Below, piece by piece: positions 1-15,944 of a stretch of 64,000 bases of DNA. The notes beneath the pieces are model-generated. The model searched no databases. It saw only the letters and a program-made list of their open reading frames with translations, and was not told where the DNA came from. Within the stretch, counting starts at the first letter, position 1. The number at the start of each line of letters is the position of its first letter. The position numbers and the translations under genes were made by a program. This stretch comes from the human T2T-CHM13v2.0 reference genome, Homo sapiens, in assembly GCF_009914755.1 (NCBI RefSeq), contig NC_060931.1. The stretch is one strand, 5' to 3'.

Positions 1-508
1 TGCTGAGAATGATGGTTCCCAGCTTCATCCATGTCCCTACAAAGGACATGAACTCATCCCTTTTTATGGCTGCATAGTATTCCATGGTGTATATGTGCCA
101 CATTTTCTTAATCCAGTCTATCATTGATGGACATTTGGGTTGGTTCCAAGTCTTTGCTATTGTGAAGGGTGCCGCAATAAACAAGACATTTATGCAGCCA
201 ACAGACACATAAAAAAATGCTCATCATCACTGGCCATCAGAGAAATACAAATCAAAACCACAATGTGATACCGTCTCACACCAGTTAGAATGATGATCAT
301 TAAAAAGTCAGGAAATAATAGGTGCTGGAGAGGATGTGGAGGAATAGGAACACTTTTACATTGTCGGTGGGACTGTAAACTAGTTCAACCATTGTGGAAG
401 ACAGTGTGGCGATTCCTGAAGGATCTAGAACTAGAAAAACCATTTGACCCAGCCATCCCATTACTGGGTATATACCCAAATGATTATAAATCATGCTGCT
501 ATAAAGAC
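1..508. mobile_element. Primate L1PA 3' portion with 5' inversion (1-183 minus, 184-508 plus)
   Basis: Both segments match adjacent parts of the L1 ORF2 C-terminus/3'UTR (compare 55300-55810) in opposite orientations. Confidence 0.9.
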
Positions 509-2781
509 TCATTCTTTTTTATTTTGTCTCCTCTGACTGCATATTTTCAAACAGTCTTTAAGCTCACTAATTCTTCTGTTTGATCAGTTCTGCTATTAAA
601 GGACTCTGATGCATTCTTCAATATACCAATTGCATTTTTCAGCTCCAGAATTTGTTTCTTTTTAATTATTTCAATCTCTTTGTTAAATTTATCTGATAGA
701 ATTCTGAATTTCTTCTCTGTGTTATCTTGAATTAATTTGAATTTCCTCAACATAGCTATTTTGAATTCTCTGTCTGAAAGATTACATATCTCTGTTTCTC
801 CAGGATTGCCCCTTGGTGCCTTATTTAGTTCATTTGGTAAGGTCATGTTTTCCTGGATGGTATTGATGCCAGTATTCTTCGGTGTCTGGGCATTGAAGAG
901 TTAGGTATTTATTGTAGTCTTCACTGCCTGGGCTTATTTGTAGCCATCCTTCTTGGGAAGGCCTTCCAGATATTTGAAAGGACTTGAGTGTTGTAATCTA
1001 AGCTGTATCTGCTTTAGGGGGCACCCCAAGCCCAGTAATGCTGTGGTTCTCGCACACTTGTCAAGGTACCACCCTGATGGTCTGGGACAAGATCTGGAAG
1101 AATTCTTTGGATTACCAGGCAGAGGCTCTTGTTCTCTTCCCTTCTGTTTCCCAAACAGAGTCTCTCTGTTCTGAACCACCCAAAACTGGTGGTAGAGTGA
1201 AACAAGCACCCCTGTGGCCTCCACCACTATGATTGCACTGGGTCAGACCTGAAGCTATCACAGCACTGGGTCTTGCCCAAGGCCTGCTGTAACCACTTCC
1301 TGGCTACTGCCATTGTTCACTCAAGGCCCTGGGGCTCTACAATCAGCAGGTGGCAAGGCCAGCCAGGCCTGTGTCCTCCTCTTCAGGGTGGTGAGGTCCC
1401 CCAGACCCCAGGTGAGTCCTTAGGTGCCCTCTGGGAATCAGGGATTAGAGTCAAAAACCTTAGAAGTCTACTTGGTGTTCTATTGCACTGCGGCTGAGCT
1501 GGCATGCAAACTATAGGATGCAGTCCTTCCCACTCTTCTGCCCCTTTCCAAAGGCAGAGGAACCTTACCCTGTAGCCACCGCCACCCCAGGCCATGAGTA
1601 GTATTGCCAGGCTACCAATGATGTTCTCTTATGGCCCAAGGGCTTTTAAGTCAGCTTGTGGTGAATGCTGCCTCACCTGGGACTCATCCTTCAGGGCAGT
1701 GGGTTCCCCTCTGGCCCAAGGCAGGTCCAGAATTGCCATACAAGAGTCAAGTCCTGGAATCGCGGACCCCAAGAACCTGCCTCGGTGCTCTACCCTCCTG
1801 TGGCCGTGCTGGTATCTAAGGTGTAAGACTGTCCCCACTGCTTTTCCCTCGCAAGCAAGAGTTTTGCCCCATAGCTACCCTAGCTGGTAATATGCTGAGT
1901 CTCACCTGAAGCCTGCAAGTCACAGAGGCTCACCCAAGGCCCTCAATGTAGTAGCTGGGTATTGCTGCTAGTTATTCAGGGCCCAAGGGCTCTTCAGTTA
2001 ACAGGTGATGAATGTTGCCAGGACTGGGTCCCTTCCTTCAAGGCAGCAGGTTCCCTTCTGGCCCAGAGTGTGTCTAGAAATGTAACTTGGGAGCTAGAAC
2101 CTGGAACGAGGGCCTTATGACTCTAACTGGTGCCCTATCCTGCCGTGGCTGAGCTGGTATCCAAGATGCAAGACAAAGTCCTCCCTACTCGTCCTTCTCC
2201 TCTCCTCAAGGGAAAGGAAGGGGTCTCTTTTGGATCGATGAGCTGTGAGGCTTGGGGCTGGTTGAGGGGCAATGCCAGTACTCCCTTGGCTGCTCCAGCT
2301 GGTGTCTCAGTATGTCATGTACCCCTCAGTCCACTGTCTCTGTGCCTAGTTGAGCACTAGGATTTGCCTAAGGGTTACAGTCCTTATGGCCTAGACTGCC
2401 TTTCAAGTTTACCTGGAGGCACAGCGCACTGTAGCCCTCAGTGGTGAGGTTTGTAGAACTCAAGTTCTGACTGCTGGGACTGGCAATTCCCCTGTGTCTA
2501 GGCCTGGGTTAAATGCTCCCTCCGTGGGTGGGCATCAGCTGAGTTTGGTCCAGTTTTCCTCTCTGATCCAACAGGACAGCACTAAGTTCAATGCCTCACA
2601 ATTGGTGTATTTTCCCTTCCCCAGCACCCAGAGAGGCTCTCTGCACCATGTTGGAGGGGTGGCACTGGCGATTCAGGACTATTGTTTCTATCTCTTCAAT
2701 GACTCTTTCAGTCATATGAAGTTAAAACCAGGTACGATGACTGCTCATCTGATTTTTGGTTCTTATGAAGGTGTTTTTTCT

Positions 2782-3476
<695 letters not shown>

Positions 3477-3699
3477 AAGGTGTTTTTTCTCTGTAGATAG
3501 TTGTTAACTTGGTGTCCTTGGGTGGGGAACAATGGGTGAAGCCTTCTGTTCCACCATCTTGCTTCACCTCCTCCAATTATGTGTGTTTTGTATGCATATC
3601 TGGGCAGTAGGTCATAGATTTGAAGCCTCTCATTTCAACTTTACTGTGTCTGAGAATATTTATCCTTAGGACACTTGTGTATACATTTGTGTGTTGTTG

Positions 3700-4210
3700 C
3701 TACAATAATTGCCTCATGGTAACTGAGAAATTGATAAGAAGAAGGAGGTAAGTCATACCATGAGGAGGGTTTAAGCACAACGGCGAGTTAGAAAAGTACT
3801 GAAGGATTTATAGTTAAGGGGCAGGCTTATCAGTGGGATATGTCAAGCACATTAAGTTGTTCCTGAGTTTGCAAATATTTTTCTCTGTGATTGGGCCATT
3901 GGCATTTGCTAATTGGTGCCCATCAAAGTTAGGCTTCTACCCACCCACAGGAACTGAGAGATATCTTCTTTGATGATTATATATCAAAGGGATAGATCCC
4001 AGGTCCTTGAGGAAGACTTTCCTGAGTTGTAAAACTGTCAAGAAGCTTTTGTTAAAAAGACATCTCAAAGTAGGCAGAGAAAGAACTTATAATTCCAAGT
4101 TTTCTAAAACAAATGCTCTAAGAAACAAGAAAACAAGAAGTCAGGGCCTAGAGTCAGTAAGAAGCTGGTCTAAAATTCAGTCATGCTGAGGAGAACGTCA
4201 ATGCCATCTC
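3700..4210. mobile_element. Probable ERV1/MER4-group fragment
   Basis: Shares motifs with 36600-37235 (CAAAGTTAGG...CCCAC, AAGTTTTCTAAA...GCTCT); family assignment is from memory. Confidence 0.4.
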
Positions 4211-4524
4211 AGTCATAAAGTTATGGTAGATGTTGATGTTTAAAAAGCTACACATCAGCAGATCAGTTTTAAACAAATATGAATGTTAGATGTTTACAGC
4301 CCTAACTTAGAATCCTCCCCTCCTTGCCCCAACTCCCTCCAGACCACCCAGGGCATCAGGATACCACAAGATGTCAGTGGAGGTGACTAGGTAAGAATTC
4401 TATCCATTCAAGAACCCTGGGGGAGAAACCCATGCTGCCCCTGTATTTCCCACTATCCCAGGGAACTCTGCCTGCCCCAGTATCTAGCAACAGATGCTTA
4501 AAACTGTACTAGTACCATGTGCTT

Positions 4525-4705
4525 TCATCAGCTGTGCAAACTTGGGCAACTTATTCAACCACCCTGAGCCTTGGTCTCTTCATTTGTAAATAAGCATAGT
4601 AAATACATACCACCACAGCACTGTATCAGAAGTAAATCTGATCTGTGTATAGCACTCAACACAATGCTTGGCATATGGTAATGACTCAAGAAATGATAAC
4701 TATCA
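4525..4705 (+). mobile_element. MIR
   Basis: MIR core (CTTGGGCAA..CTGAGCCT..CATTTGTAAA) and 3' tail. Confidence 0.75.
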
Positions 4706-5259
4706 ATATTTCAGCCAGTTCTCACCTATGCTATTATTCTCATAGAATAATGAACATACTATGACACCAAATTAATAAAATACACAGAGAGGCAGAAGAA
4801 AATAAGTTAAAAGAATTATGGCTTAAATCTTTTGAAATTAAAGCAGAAGAAACTATCAATGAGGCAGTAGCTACATCCAAAGCGCCATGCCCTATCCTCT
4901 GCAACTTGATCCAATTTTCTGCCCAACTTTCCAAGTCCTGTTCCCTCAAACTTCAAATATTTTCCCACGCAGATCTCAAATCTTCATGTTATTCAGCCCA
5001 ACGGTGTAATGCAATTTTTTAAATTATGAGTTTTTGTTGTATTTTCTTTTCCTATTTATCACTTATAGCATTTTACCCCCCCCCCCCCCGAAAAAAAAAC
5101 CCATGTGGGAGTTAATTGACTTTTCAGGAATCCCATGCAAAATTCTCCCTCAAAACATTCTCTTTGTTTGTGTCTTGGTAGCAACTCCAGAGTTTTCAGG
5201 ACTTGGACTCTGCTTTAGACTTGTGCTCAGACTGTCTCCACAAAAGTGGTCCGTTTCCT

Positions 5260-5330
5260 CATCCAATGAGCTCTGCCTGTTTGTCTGTGTGACACTCCAG
5301 TGGAAGGAAGCCAAGAGCCTATAATAGCGA
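5260..5330 (+). promoter_or_regulatory. Candidate LRRC17 core promoter (CCAAT 5263-5267, TATAATA 5320-5326)
   Basis: Motifs in plausible spacing in non-repetitive sequence just upstream of the putative first exon; motif evidence only. Confidence 0.35.
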
Positions 5331-5349
5331 TCCTGGGGAAAATTTCAGC

Positions 5350-5551
5350 AGCTGGGGCCATGTAATTTAAAACCTCTGAAAAGTGTGCTGCGGTCCGTGC
5401 ACAGCATTAGTATAACGTGAGGGCTGAATGCAGCCCATTCTCTGGAGAACTTCCTCACACACCGCAGCAAAGAGAAGACTGAAAGACAAACCTGGGTGCA
5501 GCCAGAGAGGTCCAGATAGATGAGCTTGTGGCATCCATTCCCCAAGTTCAG
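5350..5551 (+). other. LRRC17: Probable LRRC17 non-coding exon 1 (5' end uncertain), antisense-overlapping the FBXL13 exon 5492-5621
   Basis: Plus-strand donor CAG|GTACTG at 5551/5552. Exon 2 starts with an acceptor, so an upstream exon must exist. The position agrees with my unverified recollection of the annotated gene structure. Confidence 0.6.
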
Positions 5552-5621
5552 GTACTGTAAGCCTTTGTCTGTGAACCGTCTGCAATAAGCCAAACTAAGA
5601 TTCTGTAAGTTGTGGAAGTGC
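5492..5621 (-). CDS. FBXL13: FBXL13 coding exon (130 nt, phase 2-0): (R)HFHNLQNLSLAYCRRFTDKGLQYLNLGNGCHKLIYLDLSGCTQ
   Basis: Inside ORF 5345..5674. TTTTCAG acceptor and GTTTGT donor; two cysteine-containing LRRs. The gene continues beyond both window edges. Confidence 0.95.
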
Positions 5622-6476
5622 CTGAAAAGACAAAAGAGAGGAAGGAAAGTATTATACTTCCGTTGTTCTCTCAAATCTTTCTTAAGCCACTATGACAAAG
5701 AAAACTGTAAATTCAACTCTTCTTCTTGCAGATGTTCAACATTTAACTTTACTGTTAACTCTCTACCTGTTAATTAAAGGAGACTACAGTGTTATATAAG
5801 GTAACACATAATACATTTAATACCTTGTAATACATTTCAAGTGAAAGTATTAATAGTTCAATAATATTTGCCTAGATATTTAAGAAAGTTGACTGGGATA
5901 AAGCTTTTTTGGTGTGTGTGAGGTGGGGGAGGCAATCATATTGTTTGGAAGTGAAACCAAATTTGCAGAGTGTATTGTTGCTTTTAGGTTTTATCTCTGG
6001 AGTACCAAAATAATGTGCAAAATATATAAAAGGACAAATCCTTTGTAAACATTTAAATGGAGACTGTTACAGGAGAGTGAGGATTTGGGACAGAAGGCAA
6101 AACTGAATATGACCATGCTCTTAAAATAGATCTGATAAGCAAATGAGTTTAAAAAATAGGTTTAAATATGCATGAGTTTGTGACAGTTTCATTATTATAG
6201 TTAAAGAAAGACTAATTGATATGCAGAGTTTAAGCATGGATTAAGAAGACCAGTTTGCAAATAAGCAGGCAACACATGAGAAGAATCAAAAGCAACATCA
6301 GAGACTATAAATCTCGCTGGAGTTGAAACAGATTAAATATGGTATTACCACAATGACCAAAATGACAGCTTCCAGAAAAAAGTAGGGTAGTTAGGATGAG
6401 CCTGTACTACCATACGAGGGCTCGCAGTTTGAGGACACTCCGTGGACAATTTCCCAAGCCCTCCAAAGCCTGGAAC

Positions 6477-6774
6477 TTTTTTTTGAGACGAAGTTTCGCT
6501 CTTGTTGCCCAGCTGGAGTACAATGGTGAGATCTTGGCTCACTGCAACCTCCTCCCCACTCCCCCAACCCCTGGTTCAAGCGATTCTCCTGCCTCAGCCT
6601 CCCAAGTGGCTGGGATTACAGGCGCGTGCCAACATGTCCAGCTAATTTTTGTATTTTTAGTAGAGACAGGGTTTCACCATGTTGGCCAGGCTGGCCTCGA
6701 ACTCCTGACCTCAGGTGATCCACCCGCCTTGGCCTCCCAAAGTGCTCGGAACAGGCATGAGCCACCGTGCCCAG
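6477..6774 (-). mobile_element. AluS
   Basis: Full dimer; TSD AAAGCCTGG(A/C)ACTTTT. Confidence 0.95.
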
Positions 6775-7384
6775 AAAGCCTGGCACTTTTTAAGAGGTCA
6801 AGGATTCCCACTACTATCTGCTCTTCTAATGGAATTAGCAATCATGCTCTTAGTTTGTGATATGCAACAGCTTAATAGCAAATTAGAAAGCAAAAAGAAT
6901 GAAAAGTGAGGAGAAAATGCTTCTCTGCCTCTCAAAATCACACAGGTGAATAAAGTTTACCTCCCATAAATGGGAAATAAGATATACAAGCACTGACCAT
7001 TAATCAGATTTTGAAAAACACATCTATATGATATAATGATTTGCATGCCATAGCGAATTACTTGATTCAGAACACACATCCCGATCTGGGAAGGGCTGTG
7101 TACGTGAGATTCGACAGAGCGAGGGGGAAGGCTTTGGACTCACCAGTGACTAGGTGGGCAGGGCCTGAAGGAGAAAGCAGTGCTAATATCCCAAAGACAC
7201 GCCCCCTCTCTTGGGGCTGTCGAGTGGACTGAGCTGTGCTAAAGTTTTGGAAATGCGTTATCTTCCTCTCCCTGGGGTACACCCTGTGATTCAACTGAGT
7301 ACAATTTTCTTGGGGTGGGGAGAGGCACACCAGGGTGTCATTTCTAGCAATCCTTTAGCTTTATAATCTGTAGAAAGGAGTTGT

Positions 7385-7700
7385 GAGGCAGGCCGCGTGA
7401 CACAGTGCAAAATACACAAGGTTTTTGAATCCGGCCAAATGAGATGTAAATCCAAGCCCTGACACTTACTGCAACCTCCCTAATCTCTCAGAGATTGTTT
7501 TCTCATTTGTTAAGTGGAGATTAAAATATTTTTTTTTTTTTTTTTTTTACACTGATCAACTGTGGGGCCTCCAGCTTTCCTGAACCTCAGTTTTCTCATC
7601 TGGAACATGGATGTAATCTGGTCTGCTTGTTCCCTTTAAAGATGTGACAATTAAATGAGAATACAGAAGTAACAGTATTATCTTGAGGGTGATTTTAACA
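7385..7700 (+). mobile_element. MIR fragments
   Basis: CCTCAGTTTTCTCATCTG core motifs. Confidence 0.6.
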
Positions 7701-7975
7701 ATCAAAATCGGCAGGGACATAGTAGAAGATTTAAAACTATATGTAATATTATTGCTACTACTATGTGAAATGATAGTAACACATTAACTATTTTTATGGA
7801 CTTTGTATTATTCTTCCATTTAATGAAATGGATACTTATCTCCAAGAGTGGTGCATACAATAATTCCAAGAGTTTGAACGATTTCACATTGAATGTATAC
7901 CTCGATCTACACCTAGTATTCAATTTCTTTAAATCCATGTGATCAGTTAACAAATATCAAAAATGAGAATTGAGC

Positions 7976-8790
<815 letters not shown>

Positions 8791-10934
8791 GGTTTAGATA
8801 AAAGAGGCTGTTCATTAGACTAAGTGACTCCTGGATTGAAAATCTCTGGATAGCTCTTTTCACAGTGGAACCTCATGGAACCATCAGTTTGAAGGCAAAG
8901 CTCAGGAATCTTGGGTGGCCCTGTAGGCCTTTCTAGGGATTTACAGTTCTGCAGACTTAAAGCTGCTAGGGACGGGAAAAGTGTCAGTTGACAGCAAAAT
9001 CACAGGTGGCAAATTTTGTGCAATACTCATACTCTTTATTCTGAATTTTGGCAAAGACGCGTGTCCCCTACATGAGTAAGATCTGATTCATCATTTTCCC
9101 AGCCCAGAGAACACTTGGTAATTCTAATTCTGCTTTGAGGCAATGTTTACAGCTTGTTTTTATCTTTTTCTAATTATTTGATAACTGTTTCTTATGGGGG
9201 GGGGTGTGAGTCCTCTCTTTGTGATTTATTTATTTATTTTTCTGCTACCACTATAATCTTTAGAGAAATTACAATTCTTATAGAAACTACAAAGATTTTT
9301 TTTTCTCCTTTCTTTTGGGTTTTTTTCCATTAAAGAATTGAAGTCATTTGTGTTAAATTTCTAACACCTGAAGGACTTACTACTAAGATGAATGGAAAAG
9401 TATGTATTTAAATAAAAAATTCTCTGAAAAAAATCACCAAGACAAGGCCTACTCTGTAAAAGAGGGAATTTGCATGTGGATTCTTTTGAGTTGAGTGTTG
9501 GGCTCTCTGGTTTCACAGAGGCATTTCAAGTAATAGAATTCTGCAGAAAACCTAAATGGAGTGATCTGGCCTTCTATTTACAGGGTAGACCTTGAAGTTG
9601 TCCAGTCAAGACAACAGCTTACTTTGTCTGCCCCACTTTGATAGGCACTGGTGAGACTATAGATCATGATAGTTCCTGATAATAAGAAATTTCCAAGCCA
9701 ATTGAAAGGTCAATTCATCTATATAAAAAACAATTGGATACTACTCCACTATAGCATTTAAGACTCAATTAAAGAGCAAAGATCATAATAGCTTTACTCA
9801 GCACTGTATGCCCAGAACACCTTGCACATACTAGTTGATCAATACATGGTGAACAAGTGAAAGAAGGTTGTTATTATAATTCAGGAAAAGGAAAAATCAC
9901 TGCAGACTTCTGGTAGATGGCGAGACTTAAGGTGTGAAGGCTGTAGATTAGCCATGAGAAGGAGAAAGGCACTGCAGCTATAGAGAATGTGAAGCATGCA
10001 GCAATCAGATGACTGGAGTTAAGGGCTTCTCTTGGGAAACCTAGGCAGAGAAGTTTGGTTGGAGAATGTCAACGAAGAGTAAGGGAAGAACCTAGACCTT
10101 AAGCATGTCAAAGACATGATAGGAAGATTGTTCCAGGATGACACTTCTTGTAGCGTGAGATAGAACAGATTGAAGGGAGGAGAGACCAGAGGCAGCACCA
10201 CCAGGATACTGTGCCAAATGAGGTGCTGAGAGTGCCACCTAGGTTGTGACAATAGGAATAAATAGAAAGTGTTTAGTTCCGGAAACATTTAGAGGCAACA
10301 AATTTCCTGGAATGGGCATGAGCTTTAGGCAGCCCTCATTTTCAACTTTAGAAAACTGAACAAGTCCCCAAAGAAGTGAGAAAAAATATTCAAATAAAAA
10401 GCTGGCAAATCATTGTTGCCAAGGACAAACAAATTACATTTTTCTCTTGGCAAGTACTTTTTTTGGAAAGAAATACTAAAAGCAATGAAGAGAGAATGAC
10501 AGCAGAAACAACCAACATTTCTCTGCTTATTTACAGTTTCGAGAACATTTTTGCATACCCAAGCATATTTGAAACAATGGAAAATAGAGCAAAAACAGAG
10601 AATCATTATGAAATGTATTTTTATCATAGATAACTTAGTATACTTTTTTATATGGCAAAAAAATCAGTATCAAGTAGTATCTATTCTGAATATTCTCTCA
10701 ATGGCAAGAACTAGAAGGAAGAGCCAAACAAAATTCTTATTTTGGGTCCTACTTTTCTATCTATTGCCTACTAAAGGTATAACTTCATTTGTAAAATAAA
10801 TGTCCCTAAGAAGATATGCATAGCTGTCATATTACCTTCAATTTCTAAGGAGAAAAAAAGCCATTTCAATGTATGATTGAAAATAAATATGTTTTAAGTT
10901 AAAAAATAATTTGTAATGTGATATAAACTACACC

Positions 10935-11188
10935 CTGGGTCACACAGAGTGGATCATGCCTATAACCCCAGCACTTTGGGAAGCTGAAGCAAGAGGATTG
11001 CCTGAGGCCATGAGTTTGAGACCAGCCTGGGGAACATAGTGAGATCTTGTCTCTACAAAAGATTTTTCAAATTTAGCTGGATGTGCCCAGGAGTTTGAGG
11101 CTGCAGTGAGCTATCATCACACTATGTAGCTGGGTGTAGCCTGGGTGAAAGAGCAAGGCCCTGTCTATAAACAAAACAAAACAAAAAA
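10935..11188 (+). mobile_element. AluJ, internally deleted
   Basis: Left arm plus the distal right arm. Confidence 0.85.
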
Positions 11189-11448
11189 ATGGCTCCCAAA
11201 TCATCTACTTTGTAAGTTCAGATTTTCACCAATGATTTATGGATTTTATAATACTCTTTTTCTATGTTTATGTACATACATACATGTACATATATTCATA
11301 TATATACACATACACACATATACACACACACTTATATATCATAGTACAGAATGCCTAAAGAAAGAACTGAGTGGTATTCAATATTACAGGACTGGAGGAT
11401 CTTAAGTAATTCCTGAAACAGTGTTAGAGAAACCTCAGGGACCTCCCA

Positions 11449-11658
11449 CAGTGGTCACTGGAGCCAGCTTGCACAGCTCATGGGAGTTGATTGTTAGCAT
11501 CTCTTCCCAACTCCACATTCAATGACATTGTGTTGATAGCTTAAAATCGGCCACAGTGGAATTATTTACACCACAGAAATCAGTAAACACTAGGAATTGG
11601 TGCTTCTCCTCACCCTTGCCACCAGCCAGTTGTTAAGCATTTACCAGAACACTGCTGT
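11449..11658. mobile_element. hAT-Tip100 (Arthur1-like) fragment
   Basis: Terminal motifs CAGTGG...CTGG / CCAGAACACTGCTG; related AT-rich sequence at about 14820-15890. Confidence 0.55.
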
Positions 11659-12776
11659 TCCTAAAATATATTCCAAGAATTACTGCTACAGAGAAGGCAG
11701 TATGCTAATGAAAAGGCATATAGAAATAAAAATGATGAAAGAGACAACTTTGAAGGACAGGAATAAAATCGGATCTAAAAATAAAAGGAGATTCTTATGA
11801 TAAACTCTAAACAAATGCATTGAAGCATTAAGAATAAAAATGCCTTCCCTAGCTGAGAAAAAATATATTTTAGTGTTCAAAAGGTTTAAAATGTACCAGG
11901 AAAAATTAATTGAAGGAACACAATTAAGCTTGGAAATGTCTTTAATTTCTCAGAGAAAAGGAAAGTCTTGCAAGCATCTCTTAGCAGGAAAAAATAGGTT
12001 ACCAACAAAGGAACAAAAAATCATGCTAGCTTCAGACTTTCTATAACCTGAAATATCAAAGTTTATGGACCAATATCTAAAACATTAGGGTTTTAAAGAT
12101 AAAATACAGAACATGATTCAAGAACTATACATGAAGAGAAGTTTCTGTTTATCCTCCAAGATAATAGTCATTTTCAGAGATCAATGGCTAAACTATCTGA
12201 CTCTCATGCATCTTTACTGAAAAAAGATTTTTAAAATTATATTTCCAGTTATCATCAGATGAATCAAAAGGCTAAAGAATAAGTAAGCTGTGAGAAAAAA
12301 AGACCATCAATGAATGGCCTAGAGTTAAGACTACATACTCATTATAAATATAATTACAATATTGAGTGCAAACACTACAATTCGATATTAAAAAGAAAGT
12401 TAAATGATTAGCAAAACCCACAAATAATATGTGTGTTCATACAGGGGAGTAGGTGTGCAGGGGTGTCAAGTTCAAGGGAGAAGTAGAGGGACAATTGAAG
12501 TGTATTAGATCACTGTGTACCACAGGAGTAGTCAAAAGTTATTGTTTCATCTTGACTTTGGTAATTAGATAAATGCCTGTTAAAGTATGTTTTTAAAAAC
12601 ATGCCAATAGCCACTAATTAGAATACACAACAGAATGTGTATGTACCTTTCGAATACCTTCAGATTATACAAGTAAACATAGTTCACAGAGCAAAAGACA
12701 GAAATACTGAGTACAGTGCAGTAACATAAAAATCAAAACATAAAACAAGATGATAAAAATAAAACCATACACTCAG

Positions 12777-13050
12777 TTTTTTTTTTCTTGAGACAGGGTC
12801 TTACTCTGTCACAGCACAATCATGACTCACTGCAGCCTCAACCTCTGTGCTCAAATGATCCTCCCACCTCAGCCTCCTGAGTAGCTGGGACTACAGGTGC
12901 ATGCCACCACACCCAACTAATTTTTGTATTTTTTTGTAGAGATGGAGTTTTACCATGTTGCCCAGGCTGGTCTCAAACTCCTGGGCTCAAGTAGTCCGCC
13001 CACTTCAGCCTCCCAAACTGCTGGGTTACAGCAAGCCACCACGCATGGCC
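12777..13050 (-). mobile_element. AluJ
   Basis: Alu motifs. Confidence 0.9.
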
Positions 13051-13275
13051 CATACACTCAATTTTGACAATAAATATTGATCTTTTAAACTGCTCTCTTA
13101 AAAAGGCAAAGAGAATGAATTTAAAAATAGAAGTTAGCTACATGCTACATATAAAAGATAAACCTAAAATCCCGCATCACAAAGGTTAAAAATACAGAGA
13201 AATGTAGTTATTCCACAAAAAGAACAAGCAAAAGAAAACAAAGGTTAACTATGTTGATAACAGTTAAAAACTTCA

Positions 13276-13563
13276 GGCTGGGCGTGTTGGCTCATACCTG
13301 TAATCCCAGCACTTTGGGAGGCCGAGGTGGGCGGATCACGAGGTCAGGAGTTCGAGACCGGCCTGGCCAACATGATGAAACCCTGTCGCTACTAAAAATA
13401 CAAATATTAGCCTGGCGTGGTGGCGGGCACCTGTAATCCCAGCTACTCGGGAGGCTGAGGCAGGAGAATCCTTTCAGCCCAGGAGGCGGAGGTTGCAGTG
13501 AGCCGAGATCACTTCATTGCACTCCAGCCTGGGCAACAGGGCGAGACTCCGTCTCAAAACAAA
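13276..13563 (+). mobile_element. AluS
   Basis: Full dimer. Confidence 0.95.
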
Positions 13564-13749
13564 GCGAATTCAAGGCAAAGAAACATCAACCAGCATAAAG
13601 AATATCATTTTATGTGAATAAATGCTATAATCTGTAATGAAACATGATGCTTACTAACCTTTGTTAATAAGGTTGTAAAATAACATCAAAATAAAGAGAA
13701 GCTTGATCATAATAGGCAACTAATATATCACTATTATAATGATGTATCA

Positions 13750-14148
<399 letters not shown>

Positions 14149-14311
14149 TTAATTATAAACTAGTCTACCAAGAAATCTCAATAAATTCCAAAAAGTAGAA
14201 ATAATTCAGTCCACATTTCTTGACTAGAGTGCCTAATTAAAAGCAGAAGCTCAACTGAAGAAACTTCAACTACTTAGAACCAAAAATTTTGCTCTAAATA
14301 TCACTGGGTCA

Positions 14312-14629
<318 letters not shown>

Positions 14630-15094
14630 CATTACTGAGTGAAAGAGGAAAGCAAATATAGAATAGTTGGTTTAGAAAGTTAAAACAATACTTATCAAGT
14701 TATACAAACTTTTCCCAAATTCTTATTTAGAAGTCATTTCATGACCATATTTTTTTTATTACTTCTAAAAGGAAAGAAATCAAATCATGCAAATGCAAAA
14801 ATATAAATTAGTTCCTAGTTTAATTATTGGTTTACTGATAAGTATCTAATGACTGGCTTTCCAAAAAAAGTATGCATATAAATGTATGTGCATTTACTAT
14901 AAAATTTTATATTTTACTATTTTGCGGATATAAAGGATGTGTAGCACGCAACTTACAAATGATAAAACATACCATATTCTTTACTGTTAATTCCATGTAG
15001 CCAATCAATTCTCACACAATGTTTTCATTGACTTTTGTCAATGAAACTCTTATAAATGTAGCCAGCCAACCAATGGTTGAAATTAAAGAATGAT

Positions 15095-15455
<361 letters not shown>

Positions 15456-15944
15456 TTATTAACATTAATAAGACACAAGGTGATATATGTCAAAGAGGTA
15501 TGTCCAAAATCTGCTTGTCAATGATGTGAATGCCTTCTTTCCTAAATCAAAGAATAGTTTTCAAGTATTGAGAGAATATTTCCTCAATATTTTGTGCTAT
15601 TTCACAATGTCGTGGCTACAGACATGACCTACTTTTAAATTTAATTTGCTTCATTCATTGTGTTCTCTATCACTTTAAGTCTAAACAATCAACTGAACAA
15701 TAAATCAAGCCCCGATTTGTAGTGTTTGATGTTTTCCGTGGTATAGAATACTTCCATATTGGCCAATTCCAAGCTATCAATGAGAGGTCACCAAACACAC
15801 AGTTGGGAAAAAATGTGCAGTAGCATTTTCACCGTAGAGATACAATGGACATAAATAACTACAAGAACACAGATAAAGTAACATGCAGAAAAATGTTAGA
15901 AAGTAATGAGTTTTTAGTATTTCTTGCCTGTATAAGAATTTTAA

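Noticed and set aside
6396-6860. Alu-spanning ORFs (also 13747, 18051, 32998, 40979, 57213 and others)
   Set aside because: Typical Alu-frame translations with no gene structure.
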